DNA of 64,000 bases. Origin: a virus. The position numbers and the translations under genes were made by a program. Under the pieces are notes generated by a model. It was not told the DNA's origin. It made no database searches and saw nothing but the letters and a program-made list of their open reading frames with translations. The first letter of the stretch is position 1, and the number at the start of each line of letters is the position of its first letter. This document shows positions 46,054 through 54,591 of this stretch, piece by piece. The DNA lies in the IMG/VR virus record IMGVR_UViG_3300042922_000982, positions 1-64,000 of that record. One strand, written 5' to 3'.

Positions 46054-46239
46054 ATGGCCAGCAACAAAAAACGTAGCCCCATCACGGCCGATCGCGTGTT
46101 CGGCGCGCTCGAATCTCACGGCCCCATGTCGGCGGCCGAAATCGCCCTGGCCCTCGGCCACGGCCGCTCCGGAGTACCCGCCGTCACCGCCGCGCTCACC
46201 GCGCTCGACCAGGAGGACCTCATCCAATGGCAAAGTTGA
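46054..46239 (+). CDS. Small winged helix-turn-helix protein
   Basis: AAAGGAGG RBS; VF.AL..HGPMSAAEIA.ALG...V..AL..L...LI. Confidence 0.7.
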   Translation: MASNKKRSPITADRVFGALESHGPMSAAEIALALGHGRSGVPAVTAALTALDQEDLIQWQS

Positions 46240-46267
46240 TCTTTCTGACAACCCTCACGGCTATAAT
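46228..46267 (+). promoter_or_regulatory. Late-type promoter TGGCAAA-N27-TATAAT upstream of spoVS
   Basis: Consensus -10 with the same upstream motif and spacing as the virion-operon promoters. Confidence 0.7.
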
Positions 46268-46295
46268 TGAACCGCGCTCGAAAGTGGAGGCGGTC

Positions 46296-46610
46296 ATGTC
46301 TACAATGGATGTCATCAAGGTTCGCACGGACGCGAACCCGGCCAAGGTGGCCGGGGCGATCGCCAAGGCGATCCGCAAACTGGATTACAACCCGGTCGGG
46401 CAGGTGGAGGTGCGCGCCGTCGGCGAGCGCGCCACGTACCTGGCCAGCCGGGCCATCGAGAAGGCGCGCGGCTTCTTGGCGGACGAGGCGCCCGACGGCT
46501 ACGAGCTGTCGACGTCGATCGTCTCCGAGTGCGTCGAGCTTTCCGGCAAGGACAACCTGACGATCGTCTTCCAGCTCGGCTGGCAGCAGAAAAGGAATGA
46601 GGTGGCATAA
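46296..46610 (+). CDS. spoVS: SpoVS-family protein
   Basis: MDVIKV....P.KVAGAIA...EVRAVG.RA...A..AI..ARGFLA matches the SpoVS pattern; GGAGG RBS. Confidence 0.82.
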   Translation: MSTMDVIKVRTDANPAKVAGAIAKAIRKLDYNPVGQVEVRAVGERATYLASRAIEKARGFLADEAPDGYELSTSIVSECVELSGKDNLTIVFQLGWQQKRNEVA

Positions 46611-47032
46611 TGGCCTGGACAATGAACGAACAAGACGGGCACTACGAGCCCGACGGGCACCCCTTCGAGGCGCCCGCCGACTCCTTCGAGCGCGTCTACA
46701 ACCACCGCCTGGCGGTGGACCCCGAGGGCACCAAAGACGCGGTTCATGACCCGCACAACGGCTGGCCCATCTCGATGCGCGCCTTCACCACCAAGCCCGC
46801 CACCAAGCACCTGCGCGCGGTGATGAACCAGTTTTTCGAGGACCGCTACCAGCACGCGGCCCTCGAGGCCGGTAACAGCCCCGAGGAGCTGGACACCCTC
46901 GCCAAGCGCCTGCTCGCCTTCGCGGCCATGGACGGCCTCCCCGTCACCGACCGCGAGCGCACGCTCGCCGAGCGCCTGGGCGTCGACCTCTCGGGCGCCC
47001 CGCGCGAGCAAGAGGCCCCGAAGGGCTACTAG
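46610..47032 (+). CDS. Hypothetical protein
   Basis: TAATG coupling with spoVS, GAGG RBS. Confidence 0.7.
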   Translation: MAWTMNEQDGHYEPDGHPFEAPADSFERVYNHRLAVDPEGTKDAVHDPHNGWPISMRAFTTKPATKHLRAVMNQFFEDRYQHAALEAGNSPEELDTLAKRLLAFAAMDGLPVTDRERTLAERLGVDLSGAPREQEAPKGY

Positions 47033-47045
47033 CGCCAACCAGCCG

Positions 47046-47078
47046 GGCCCCGGCCGCACTTGCGGCCGGGGCCCTTTT
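47046..47078 (+). terminator. Rho-independent terminator
   Basis: ggccccggccgca-ct-tgcggccggggcc-ctttt. Confidence 0.8.
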
Positions 47079-47179
47079 GGTGCTCGGCGCAAACATTCTT
47101 TACCGCCACCCCCTCCCCGCCGGGGCGCATGGTTGCTACCATGCGGGACCGCCTCCCCCATCGCTTCAGGAGTACCGCC

Positions 47180-47596
47180 ATGACCGCCCACATCCCCTTA
47201 CTCGCCGATCACAAGGACGCCGTCGGGCGATTGTGCAACCTCGGATTCCGGCTGCAACGCGCCAACGCGGCGCTGCGCGAGTTCCTCGGCATGGTGACTG
47301 GCACCACCCCCGCCAGGGCCGCCTTCGAGCTGCGCGGCGATCGCCCGCGCCACTTCAGCGACGTGACCATGACCGTCAGCTTCACCTCGCCCGAGGGCGC
47401 CGACCCGGCCGCCTGGTCCCGTTCGGTGGTGTCGCTTCTGCCCTCCGGGCTGCGCGTCGAGGCCGAGCGGCGCCTGGGCCGCACCACGCACCTGGTCCTG
47501 GCGCCCGACGGCGCGAGCGGCGCCTACTTCGTGACGATGGTCTGCGACCTCGCCGACGGGCTCTACATGCGCAAGATCCGCGACAAGAAGGCTTGA
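47180..47596 (+). CDS. Hypothetical protein
   Basis: AGGAG RBS; TGCTACCAT extended -10-like box at about 47134. Confidence 0.65.
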   Translation: MTAHIPLLADHKDAVGRLCNLGFRLQRANAALREFLGMVTGTTPARAAFELRGDRPRHFSDVTMTVSFTSPEGADPAAWSRSVVSLLPSGLRVEAERRLGRTTHLVLAPDGASGAYFVTMVCDLADGLYMRKIRDKKA

Positions 47597-47674
47597 TAGG
47601 GGCAAGCACCTCGACCATGATGGGCATGACGCCCGTCGACGACGGCCCCCCGTTGCCGGGCCGAGGTGCCCCCC

Positions 47675-47911
47675 ATGAGTCATTCGGCCCCACTCGGCAT
47701 GTCTTGGATCGTGAGCGTGCATGACGCCAAGCGCACGCACCTGGCCCCCACCGGCCGCCAATCCCGCACCGAGTCCCACGCGCGCCAGCCGATCTGCGAG
47801 CAATTCATCGATCGCACGCGGATCGTCCCGGCGCCCAAGCTCCCCAAGTGTCCCGACTGCCTCGCCACGCTGGCCTCCAAGGCCCGCGCGCGCAGGTGGG
47901 TCGGGTCGTAA
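47675..47911 (+). CDS. Small zinc-finger protein (H...C...CxxC)
   Basis: GAGG RBS; start uncertain. Confidence 0.5.
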   Translation: MSHSAPLGMSWIVSVHDAKRTHLAPTGRQSRTESHARQPICEQFIDRTRIVPAPKLPKCPDCLATLASKARARRWVGS

Positions 47912-47967
47912 CCCGGAATCGCACCGCCAAGGCCCCGCGTGGGCCGCACAGCACGAAAGGAACCGCC

Positions 47968-48678
47968 ATGAGCACCCCCGCCCCCATCCCCGTCGTCACC
48001 GAGCCGCCCGTTGTCACCATGCGCCCCTACCTGGACGGCGGGACGCACTTCCACGTCGACCTGGAGAGCGATCGCCCCGGCGGGACGACCATGCACCTGA
48101 CCTCGTTCTGGACGCTCGCCGAGTGCGAGGCGTTCCTGGCCCGCGCGCGCGCGCTCACCGGCTGGGCGATCGCCTGGAAGCCCGAGGTTCCGGCCGCCGT
48201 GCCGCTCGATGAGCACCAGAAGGGGCCGGTCGACCCGGTGGTGCAGCCGTTCCACGCCGGGCACGACGTGGCGACCCTGGAGCTTCGCGCCTACCCCCGG
48301 CCGGGTAAGGCGTTCGGCCTCCAGCTGATCAACCGCGAGCAGGTGATCGAGTGCACGGGTATCTGGAACCGCGATTTGCTCGACCAGTGGCTGGCAAGTT
48401 TCAACGCCGTCACCGGCCTGCCCGCCTTCTTGTTCGATCAGCCCTTCGAGCCCGCCGCCAAGGTGGGCAACCCCGAGCGCAAGCGCATCTTCGGGGTGGC
48501 CGGGCGCATGGGGGTCGACAAGGAGGTGCTGCGCAAGGCCATCCACGACCGCTTCAGCGTCGAGTCGACCAACGACCTCACGGCCCTGCAAGCCAACCTG
48601 GTCGTCTTCGAGCTCATCCCCGAGCTGGCTGCCTCGAAGCTGCCCGCAGTGGAAGCGCCCGAGGTGACCCATGGCTAG
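47968..48678 (+). CDS. Hypothetical protein
   Basis: AAAGGAACCGCC-ATG; helical C-terminus R.RIF..A...G.D....S...LT...A..LI. Confidence 0.7.
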   Translation: MSTPAPIPVVTEPPVVTMRPYLDGGTHFHVDLESDRPGGTTMHLTSFWTLAECEAFLARARALTGWAIAWKPEVPAAVPLDEHQKGPVDPVVQPFHAGHDVATLELRAYPRPGKAFGLQLINREQVIECTGIWNRDLLDQWLASFNAVTGLPAFLFDQPFEPAAKVGNPERKRIFGVAGRMGVDKEVLRKAIHDRFSVESTNDLTALQANLVVFELIPELAASKLPAVEAPEVTHG

Positions 48679-49015
48679 TGTGTTCAGCCAGGCCCTGAGC
48701 CACATGGCGCCCCAGTGCGTGACCATGTACGACGGGAGCGGCAGGCAGTACCATGCCCTGCTCGCGCTCTACGATCGGGCGATCGCGATCGAGGGCATCC
48801 CCGGCCCCGATGCGCCGCCGCATGGCGCGCCGACGGTGGAGCAGGTGGTCCTGCACCTGATCCGCGAGGCCCAAAAGGTCGAAAGCCCGCCATCTTTCGA
48901 CTCCGAGGTGGGGGTCGCGGCGTACCGCAAGGCCGTCCAGGCCGAGCAGAACCTGCGCTACCTGTTCGGTGAGCAGGCCGAGATCCTGGTCACGGCCCAG
49001 GCCATGGTGACGTAG
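48671..49015 (+). CDS. Hypothetical protein
   Basis: GAGG RBS, overlaps the upstream stop. Confidence 0.65.
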   Translation: MASVFSQALSHMAPQCVTMYDGSGRQYHALLALYDRAIAIEGIPGPDAPPHGAPTVEQVVLHLIREAQKVESPPSFDSEVGVAAYRKAVQAEQNLRYLFGEQAEILVTAQAMVT

Positions 49016-49017
49016 CC

Positions 49018-49287
49018 GTGGCGATCGCCATCACCCACGCGAAGGGGAGCAAGCCCGCCTCGGCGGGCGCGCCGTTCACGGTGACGGTCGCGTTCGAGTG
49101 CGACACCGAGGGCGAGTCCTACCGCCTCGCCGAGCTATTCAAGCTGGGCGAGGGCTTCGAACGAACCCTCGACGCCCTGGTGGCGCTGTCTCGCGACGGC
49201 GCCGCCCTCGATGCCCTGCTTGCCACCTGGCAGGAGGTGCGCGGGCTTGCGGGGCCCCCAGGAACGGTTTTTCACCCGCCTGGATAG
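49018..49287 (+). CDS. Hypothetical protein ending inside repeat copy 7
   Basis: C-terminus GPPGTVFHPPG and the TAG are supplied by the repeat. Confidence 0.55.
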   Translation: MAIAITHAKGSKPASAGAPFTVTVAFECDTEGESYRLAELFKLGEGFERTLDALVALSRDGAALDALLATWQEVRGLAGPPGTVFHPPG

Positions 49288-49303
49288 TAGACAGTAGGGA
49301 GGG
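49252..49303 (+). promoter_or_regulatory. Repeated GGAAC-N16-GGATAG element, copy 7
   Basis: GGAAC at 49261. Confidence 0.8.
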
Positions 49304-49360
49304 GCTACCGGGCAACCGGCGGCCCCTCCTCCGTCACCCCCATCGCCCAAGGAGAACCCC

Positions 49361-49657
49361 ATGCAGAACCACGCCATCCCCACCCCCAACGACTCGCTCG
49401 CCCCCGTGATCGCGGGCCCGGCGCGCGCCGTGCCGCGCTTGTCGATCGCCGCGCTGCTCGCCGCCCGTGAGGCCAAGAAGGCCAACGGCCCCTGGGTGCC
49501 CGCCTGCGGCGGCACCGAGACGCCCTTCACGAGCCGGTCGGGCAAGGTGCTGCTCTACTGCTACCAGGCCACCACGGGCCGCCACGCCTACCTCGATTGT
49601 GGCACGGACCTCATCCTCACCGATGAGGAGGCCCGCGCCGCCCTGATGCTGTACTAG
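49361..49657 (+). CDS. Hypothetical protein
   Basis: AAGGAG RBS. Confidence 0.7.
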   Translation: MQNHAIPTPNDSLAPVIAGPARAVPRLSIAALLAAREAKKANGPWVPACGGTETPFTSRSGKVLLYCYQATTGRHAYLDCGTDLILTDEEARAALMLY

Positions 49658-49666
49658 GAGCCCGCC

Positions 49667-50224
49667 ATGAGCACCTACTCAACCCCCACCCTCCCCAACC
49701 AGGGCGAGGCGCGCCGCTTGATCGACGCGGCCATGATCGCGTGCACCAAGGCGACGGCCGCCACGGCCACGGCGCTCGCCAACAGCGCCATGGCCTTCGA
49801 GTGGACCGGCACGATCGAGGGCCACCGGGCCTACGTGTTCGACAAGGACACCGACGGCGCGCGCATCTACCTCTTCGGCGCGGTCGGCGCCTGGCACGCC
49901 TACCTGCCGATGGGCTGGCTCAACCCGACGCCCATGTTCGGCGACGACCCCGAGGCGCTCGTCGCCGCCGCCTTCGCCGGGCGGCCCGACGCGCGCGAGC
50001 TGGCAGGGGCGTTCGGTGAGGCGCGGCGGCTCTCAAGGAGCAAGCCGGACGGCACCTTCGCCGACGCCTACATCGTGCGCGATCCCGCCGGGCGCTGGAC
50101 GGCCTGCGACTTCGGCTACTTGCTGGAGCAGCGCATCACCGCCGAGCGCGTGGCCTACACCTGGCGCCTGGGCGGCATGCGACCCGGCTACATCGCGCCG
50201 AACACAGCCTTCCCCTCGATCTAA
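49667..50224 (+). CDS. Hypothetical protein
   Basis: AGGAG RBS. Confidence 0.7.
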   Translation: MSTYSTPTLPNQGEARRLIDAAMIACTKATAATATALANSAMAFEWTGTIEGHRAYVFDKDTDGARIYLFGAVGAWHAYLPMGWLNPTPMFGDDPEALVAAAFAGRPDARELAGAFGEARRLSRSKPDGTFADAYIVRDPAGRWTACDFGYLLEQRITAERVAYTWRLGGMRPGYIAPNTAFPSI

Positions 50225-50281
50225 CCCCCCACCCCCGCCGCCCGGTTCGCCGGGCGGCTTCTCACGACAAGGAGAACCGCC

Positions 50282-50575
50282 ATGACTACCGTTCGCCAGA
50301 TGAAACAACTGCTCGCGGCCTACCCCGACGACGCCAAGGTCGTGATCGTCTACCAGCCGAGCTACCCGATGATGTCCGGCATCTCGGGCGTCGCCGACAA
50401 CATCGCCTGCGCGCAGGCCGAGCTGGACGAGTACGGCCCCGACGACGATGACGACGAGGACGCGGAGCCCGCCGCGCCCCCCGCGCTGCCCACGACGGTC
50501 GACACGGTCTACATCGCCGCGTCCGGCGGCAACACGTACGCGCCTGCGGGCGTCTACAACGCGGTCAGGAGCTAG
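50282..50575 (+). CDS. Hypothetical acidic protein
   Basis: Conserved AGGAGAACCGCC-ATG; MTTV..M...L..YPDDA.V. Confidence 0.7.
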   Translation: MTTVRQMKQLLAAYPDDAKVVIVYQPSYPMMSGISGVADNIACAQAELDEYGPDDDDDEDAEPAAPPALPTTVDTVYIAASGGNTYAPAGVYNAVRS

Positions 50576-50579
50576 AGCG

Positions 50580-51092
50580 ATGGCACACCTGCGCAACCGC
50601 CGGGCCACCTGGATCACCAACGAGGACGCGTTCGATCGCGTGAGCAAGGCCCTCTGGGCCGAGTTGTTCGCGGACCTGTACCGCGAACAGCACCCCGGCG
50701 CCACCGAGGGCGAAATCTGGGCGGACGTCCAGAGGCGGCTCGCCCGGCTCGGCAGCGGCAGCCAGATGGCGCCCAAGCCCCGCACCGAGCGCGTGGCCGC
50801 CGACGTGCTGGCCGCAGCCAGCGAGCCGGTCATCCTGCGCGCGCTCAGCCACAACGGCCACGGCGGGCTCAAGGTGCTGCTCAACGTCGAGCGGGGGCCG
50901 TTCGGGCTCGGCCGCGTGCTGGTCTACGACGAGCGCGTGACGGCCGAGCCCGGCAAGAAGCCGCACGCCCGGCAGCCCGCCGGGCCGGTCAAGGCGCACC
51001 GCAGCCGCAAGGACGCGATCGCCTACCTGGTCGAGCTATGGTACGGCCCCGGCGCCCCGTTCACCATGCAAGACGCCAAGCGCGAGGACTGA
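50580..51092 (+). CDS. Hypothetical protein
   Basis: AGGAG RBS. Confidence 0.65.
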   Translation: MAHLRNRRATWITNEDAFDRVSKALWAELFADLYREQHPGATEGEIWADVQRRLARLGSGSQMAPKPRTERVAADVLAAASEPVILRALSHNGHGGLKVLLNVERGPFGLGRVLVYDERVTAEPGKKPHARQPAGPVKAHRSRKDAIAYLVELWYGPGAPFTMQDAKRED

Positions 51093-51104
51093 CGCCCGGC
51101 CGTC

Positions 51105-51156
51105 GGGCCGCCAGGAACGGTTTTTCACCCGCCTGGATAGTAGGCAGTAGGGAGGG
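51105..51156 (+). promoter_or_regulatory. Repeated GGAAC-N16-GGATAG element, copy 8
   Basis: GGAAC at 51114. Confidence 0.8.
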
Positions 51157-51204
51157 CTGGGCGGCACGCGCCGCGCGCCCCTCCCCCGTCAACGGAGCAA
51201 CGCC

Positions 51205-51555
51205 ATGACCACCACCGACAGACACCCGGCGATCGCCTACCCCATGTTCGACACCCACGGCTACTTCCATGGCATCGTCACGCCGGAGGGGGTCGCCGAT
51301 GGCTACACCTACACCCTGACCCACATGATCGCACCCGCCGAGTACGGCCCCCTGATCGGCCCCTACCAGCGCGCCTGGACGAAGCCGCCGATCGTGGCCG
51401 CCGCCACGGCGGTGTCGCACCGGGGCCTGCTGTGGCCGATCGTTACCGAGGGCGTGAACGCGGGCACCGCCTCCCTGCCCTGGGTGCCGAGCGCCGAGTG
51501 GTGCTACACCCCCAACATCCGCCTCTGGCCCTCGGGCTTCCACTCCATCGACTAG
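51205..51555 (+). CDS. Hypothetical protein
   Basis: GGAG RBS. Confidence 0.65.
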   Translation: MTTTDRHPAIAYPMFDTHGYFHGIVTPEGVADGYTYTLTHMIAPAEYGPLIGPYQRAWTKPPIVAAATAVSHRGLLWPIVTEGVNAGTASLPWVPSAEWCYTPNIRLWPSGFHSID

Positions 51556-51564
51556 CCTATGACC

Positions 51565-51615
51565 CGCACTCGAACAAGGTTTCGAGTGCGAACCCCTGCC
51601 CGCCCGGTATACAAT
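51565..51615 (+). promoter_or_regulatory. 10-bp-arm palindrome upstream of a TACAAT -10 box
   Basis: cgcactcgaa-caaggt-ttcgagtgcg, then TACAAT at 51610. Confidence 0.5.
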
Positions 51616-51633
51616 CCCACAAGGAGAACCGCC

Positions 51634-52035
51634 ATGACCTTCGAGACCCTCATCCACGCCGAGGCCACGCCCCAGGCCCGCGAGCTGGCCCTGCACCAGC
51701 TGGTGGCCATCGGGCTGGTGCCCACCCCCCTTGCCGCCTGGCACACCGACGAGCTGCTGGTTGTGCACGAGGCCGACGTGCTCCGCCTGATCGCCGACGG
51801 CGTGCGCGGCCAGCTGGCCAGGGTCGAGCGCGGCTTGCGCTTCTTGGTCGACGGCTTCGAGGTGGCCACCGACTTCACCGACTCGGCCGACGCGATCTAC
51901 CCGATCGCCTTCTTGGTGCACGGCATCGTCGTCGGCAAGTTCACCACGCTCGCCGAGATGAACGCCGCCGTGCACACGCTCGCGCTCGCCTCGGTCGGCG
52001 ATCGCCTCACCGCCCTGCGGGGCCGCAAAACGTAA
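51634..52035 (+). CDS. Hypothetical protein
   Basis: Conserved AGGAGAACCGCC-ATG. Confidence 0.7.
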   Translation: MTFETLIHAEATPQARELALHQLVAIGLVPTPLAAWHTDELLVVHEADVLRLIADGVRGQLARVERGLRFLVDGFEVATDFTDSADAIYPIAFLVHGIVVGKFTTLAEMNAAVHTLALASVGDRLTALRGRKT

Positions 52036-52065
52036 AGCTCACCCCCACACGAAAGGAGGCGCCCC

Positions 52066-52509
52066 ATGCGCGCTTGGCTACTTGCATTGACCCTCACGCT
52101 CCTGGCGGCCCTCCCGGCCGCCGCATCCCCCCTCTCGGTAGACGAGCTGACCTTCGCGGTCGGCCCCGCCTCCGGGCTCGAGGACGCCGAGCGGGACACC
52201 TTGTACCGCGCCAAGTACGCGCACCGGGCGCTCGCCGTCACCGGCGGCCTGCTCTACGTCGACATCAACAAGGACGGCTCGCTCACGGCCACCCTGGCGA
52301 TCGCATCGGAGACCATGACCGGCAAGACGGCCTTCGTGCACCTGGCGGCCGGGCAGCGTGACAAGCTGCGCCGGGTGCCGCACGGCGGCCGGGTGACCGC
52401 CACCGGCAAGCTCTACGTCTACCAGGGGCTGCCGAGCGTGATCACCAGCATGCGCAGCCCCTACTTCACGGGCGCCGACGTGGTGATCTACGACGCCCAC
52501 ATCCGCTAA
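52066..52509 (+). CDS. Secreted OB-fold protein (tRNA_anti-like)
   Basis: Signal peptide MRAWLLALTLTLLAALPAAA; LSVDEL...KY....VTG...G.RVT.TG. Confidence 0.6.
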   Translation: MRAWLLALTLTLLAALPAAASPLSVDELTFAVGPASGLEDAERDTLYRAKYAHRALAVTGGLLYVDINKDGSLTATLAIASETMTGKTAFVHLAAGQRDKLRRVPHGGRVTATGKLYVYQGLPSVITSMRSPYFTGADVVIYDAHIR

Positions 52510-52540
52510 CCCTAACATCACCCCATCAAGGAGAACCGCC

Positions 52541-52819
52541 ATGCTCAAGATCGACCGCCTTCAAGCCCAATGCCGCGCCGGGGGGGCGCCCACCGCCCAG
52601 GACGGGCTGTGGCTGGTGGAGAAGGTCAACCAGCTGCGTCACGCCCTGGCCATGCAAAGCACCCAGGTGGCCATTCCGCACCCGCTTGTCATGCAAATGG
52701 CCTCCAAGGACGCCGAACGCGCCCTGCTGGATGCCTGCCTGGAGGACGGCGCCGAGGAGCCGCCGCGCGGCAACGAGTCCTGGGCCGAGTGGGGCCTCGA
52801 CAAGCCCGCCAAGCAGTAG
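52541..52819 (+). CDS. Hypothetical protein
   Basis: Conserved AGGAGAACCGCC-ATG. Confidence 0.7.
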   Translation: MLKIDRLQAQCRAGGAPTAQDGLWLVEKVNQLRHALAMQSTQVAIPHPLVMQMASKDAERALLDACLEDGAEEPPRGNESWAEWGLDKPAKQ

Positions 52820-52871
52820 CGTGAGATCAGAGCTTATCAACCGCCCCGCGCGGGCAGAAAGAGAGGACACC

Positions 52872-53072
52872 ATGACCACCAAGCGCATGTGGGAGGAAAA
52901 CCCTTTTCACGAGCTGCATTTCGCCAATGAGAATCTTTGGCTGATTGCTCAGGCCCTCAACGGCAAGCCTTGGGATGCCGAGGCGGCCCACCGAGTTGCA
53001 GACATCCTGAAGAACATCGGCTACAAGATCGAGGCGAAGGCAAACGACATGAACAACTTCTATGCCGGTTGA
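52872..53072 (+). CDS. Hypothetical 66-aa protein
   Basis: GAGGA RBS; lower-GC patch. Confidence 0.6.
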   Translation: MTTKRMWEENPFHELHFANENLWLIAQALNGKPWDAEAAHRVADILKNIGYKIEAKANDMNNFYAG

Positions 53073-53088
53073 GTTGTAGAGGTATCAG

Positions 53089-53217
53089 ATGGACGCCAAC
53101 GGCTTTGAACAGTGGATGTGCGCCGTCGTGCAAGACGCTGAGCGGCATTGGGCCAAGCAGGCGAGCCGACGACGAGCCCGCCTCAAGCGTAAGCGCCGAC
53201 AACGGCGACAGAGTTGA
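53089..53217 (+). CDS. 42-aa arginine-rich peptide (not in the ORF track)
   Basis: GAGG RBS; MDANGFEQWMCAVVQDAERHWAKQASRRRARLKRKRRQRRQS. Confidence 0.5.
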   Translation: MDANGFEQWMCAVVQDAERHWAKQASRRRARLKRKRRQRRQS

Positions 53218-53243
53218 AGTAGAACATCAAGTCTGGATCACCG

Positions 53244-53270
53244 GGGCACCCGCGAGGGTGCCCCTTCTTG
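53244..53270 (+). terminator. GNRA-loop hairpin with a short U-rich tail
   Basis: ggggcaccc-gcga-gggtgcccc-ttctt. Confidence 0.6.
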
Positions 53271-53291
53271 CGACAACGAAAGGAGGCCCCC

Positions 53292-53708
53292 GTGGCCATC
53301 AAACCCTTCACCTGGCCGAGCCCGGCGGTCACGCCGGACGCCCGGCGCATTAACTGGGAGCTGGCATGCATGTTCCACATCAGCGAGCCACCCTTTAAGC
53401 GGCGCCTGGCCCCGGCCGGGGAGTGGGCCAGCTCGAATGCCATTGTGGGCGGCCTGCGGTGGGCCGTGAGCGCCAGCGGCATGGTCATCGTGAAGGCTGC
53501 CTATTCGCGCGAGGATCGCCCCGACGGTATGATCGGGACCGACGCCGCGCGCCTGACCATCACCCCGGATCACCGTGCCACCTTCGAGGTGAGCTACCCC
53601 AGCCGTGTCTCGGACGAGCAGCGCGAGTCGCTCACCCGAGTCGCCAAGTGGCTGATCGGCGACGCCGTCGTCCTCGGCCAGGTGCTGCAAGCGATCGAGG
53701 CTACCTGA
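53292..53708 (+). CDS. Hypothetical protein
   Basis: GTG start after AAAGGAGG. Confidence 0.65.
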   Translation: MAIKPFTWPSPAVTPDARRINWELACMFHISEPPFKRRLAPAGEWASSNAIVGGLRWAVSASGMVIVKAAYSREDRPDGMIGTDAARLTITPDHRATFEVSYPSRVSDEQRESLTRVAKWLIGDAVVLGQVLQAIEAT

Positions 53709-53773
53709 CCCCGACGCCTGCCGCCCACCCGTTACCCCCACCCCCGTTACCCCCATCGATAAGGAGAACCGCC

Positions 53774-54589
53774 ATGACCATCGAGACCCCCAACACCGAG
53801 CCCCGCCGCGCCCTCGCGTTCGGCTACCACCACCCCGCGATTCAAGACTCCAAGGCCGCCTGGGGCGCCCGCGCCATCATCAAGAACGGCGTGCTGGACA
53901 TCGTCTGGGACCGCTGCGATCGCATCGGCACCGACGCCGACTTCGCCCCCATGCGCGCCATCCTCGAGGGCGGCGCGCTGGCCCGCGTGCATCGGGTCGT
54001 GAAGGCGTACTACAACCAGGGCGTGGTGCGCAACGACAAGGCCGCCGAGGTCACGCTCTACCTCGACGACACGATCATGATCGTCGGCAACACGAACGGC
54101 TCGTACGGCTACATGTACCTGGCCGCCTTCTACACCGACGAGGCGGCGGGCCAGGTGCGCCGCACCCTGTACCGCACCACCACCGAGCTGGCCGCCGAGA
54201 CCTGGCTCGCCCAGCTCTACACGCCCGACGGGGTGCGCGTGGGCACCTTCGACGGCTACACCCGCGAGGACCTGATCATGGCCTCGGACGCCGCGATGAT
54301 CGCCGACATGGCGGTGGACATCGTCCCGGCGCCCGACGGCTTCAAGCCGCAGCCGCTGCCGAAGCGGGCCTTCGGCTACGAGATGGTCAAGGCGACCCTC
54401 TTCAAGACCGAGCGGTGCCCGGTGAAGGACGTCCCGCTCTACGGCTCCTGGATCCTGAAGGTGAAGGATACCGCGACCGGCGAGTGGGCGGCGCCGTGGA
54501 GCAGCCACTTCGGCAAGAACGAGGCCAAGGCTCAGCTCAAGCTGCTCAAGGCGATCCACAAGGGCTCGACCTTCACGGAGGTCAAGTAG
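53774..54589 (+). CDS. Hypothetical protein
   Basis: Conserved AGGAGAACCGCC-ATG; AAWGARA, NTNGSYGYMYLAA. Confidence 0.7.
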   Translation: MTIETPNTEPRRALAFGYHHPAIQDSKAAWGARAIIKNGVLDIVWDRCDRIGTDADFAPMRAILEGGALARVHRVVKAYYNQGVVRNDKAAEVTLYLDDTIMIVGNTNGSYGYMYLAAFYTDEAAGQVRRTLYRTTTELAAETWLAQLYTPDGVRVGTFDGYTREDLIMASDAAMIADMAVDIVPAPDGFKPQPLPKRAFGYEMVKATLFKTERCPVKDVPLYGSWILKVKDTATGEWAAPWSSHFGKNEAKAQLKLLKAIHKGSTFTEVK

Positions 54590-54591
54590 CC

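Noticed and set aside
45996-46076. 26-codon ORF with an AAGGAG RBS overlapping the HTH start
   Set aside because: Too short and low-complexity to support as a gene; it may be a leader peptide or remnant, but there is no further evidence.
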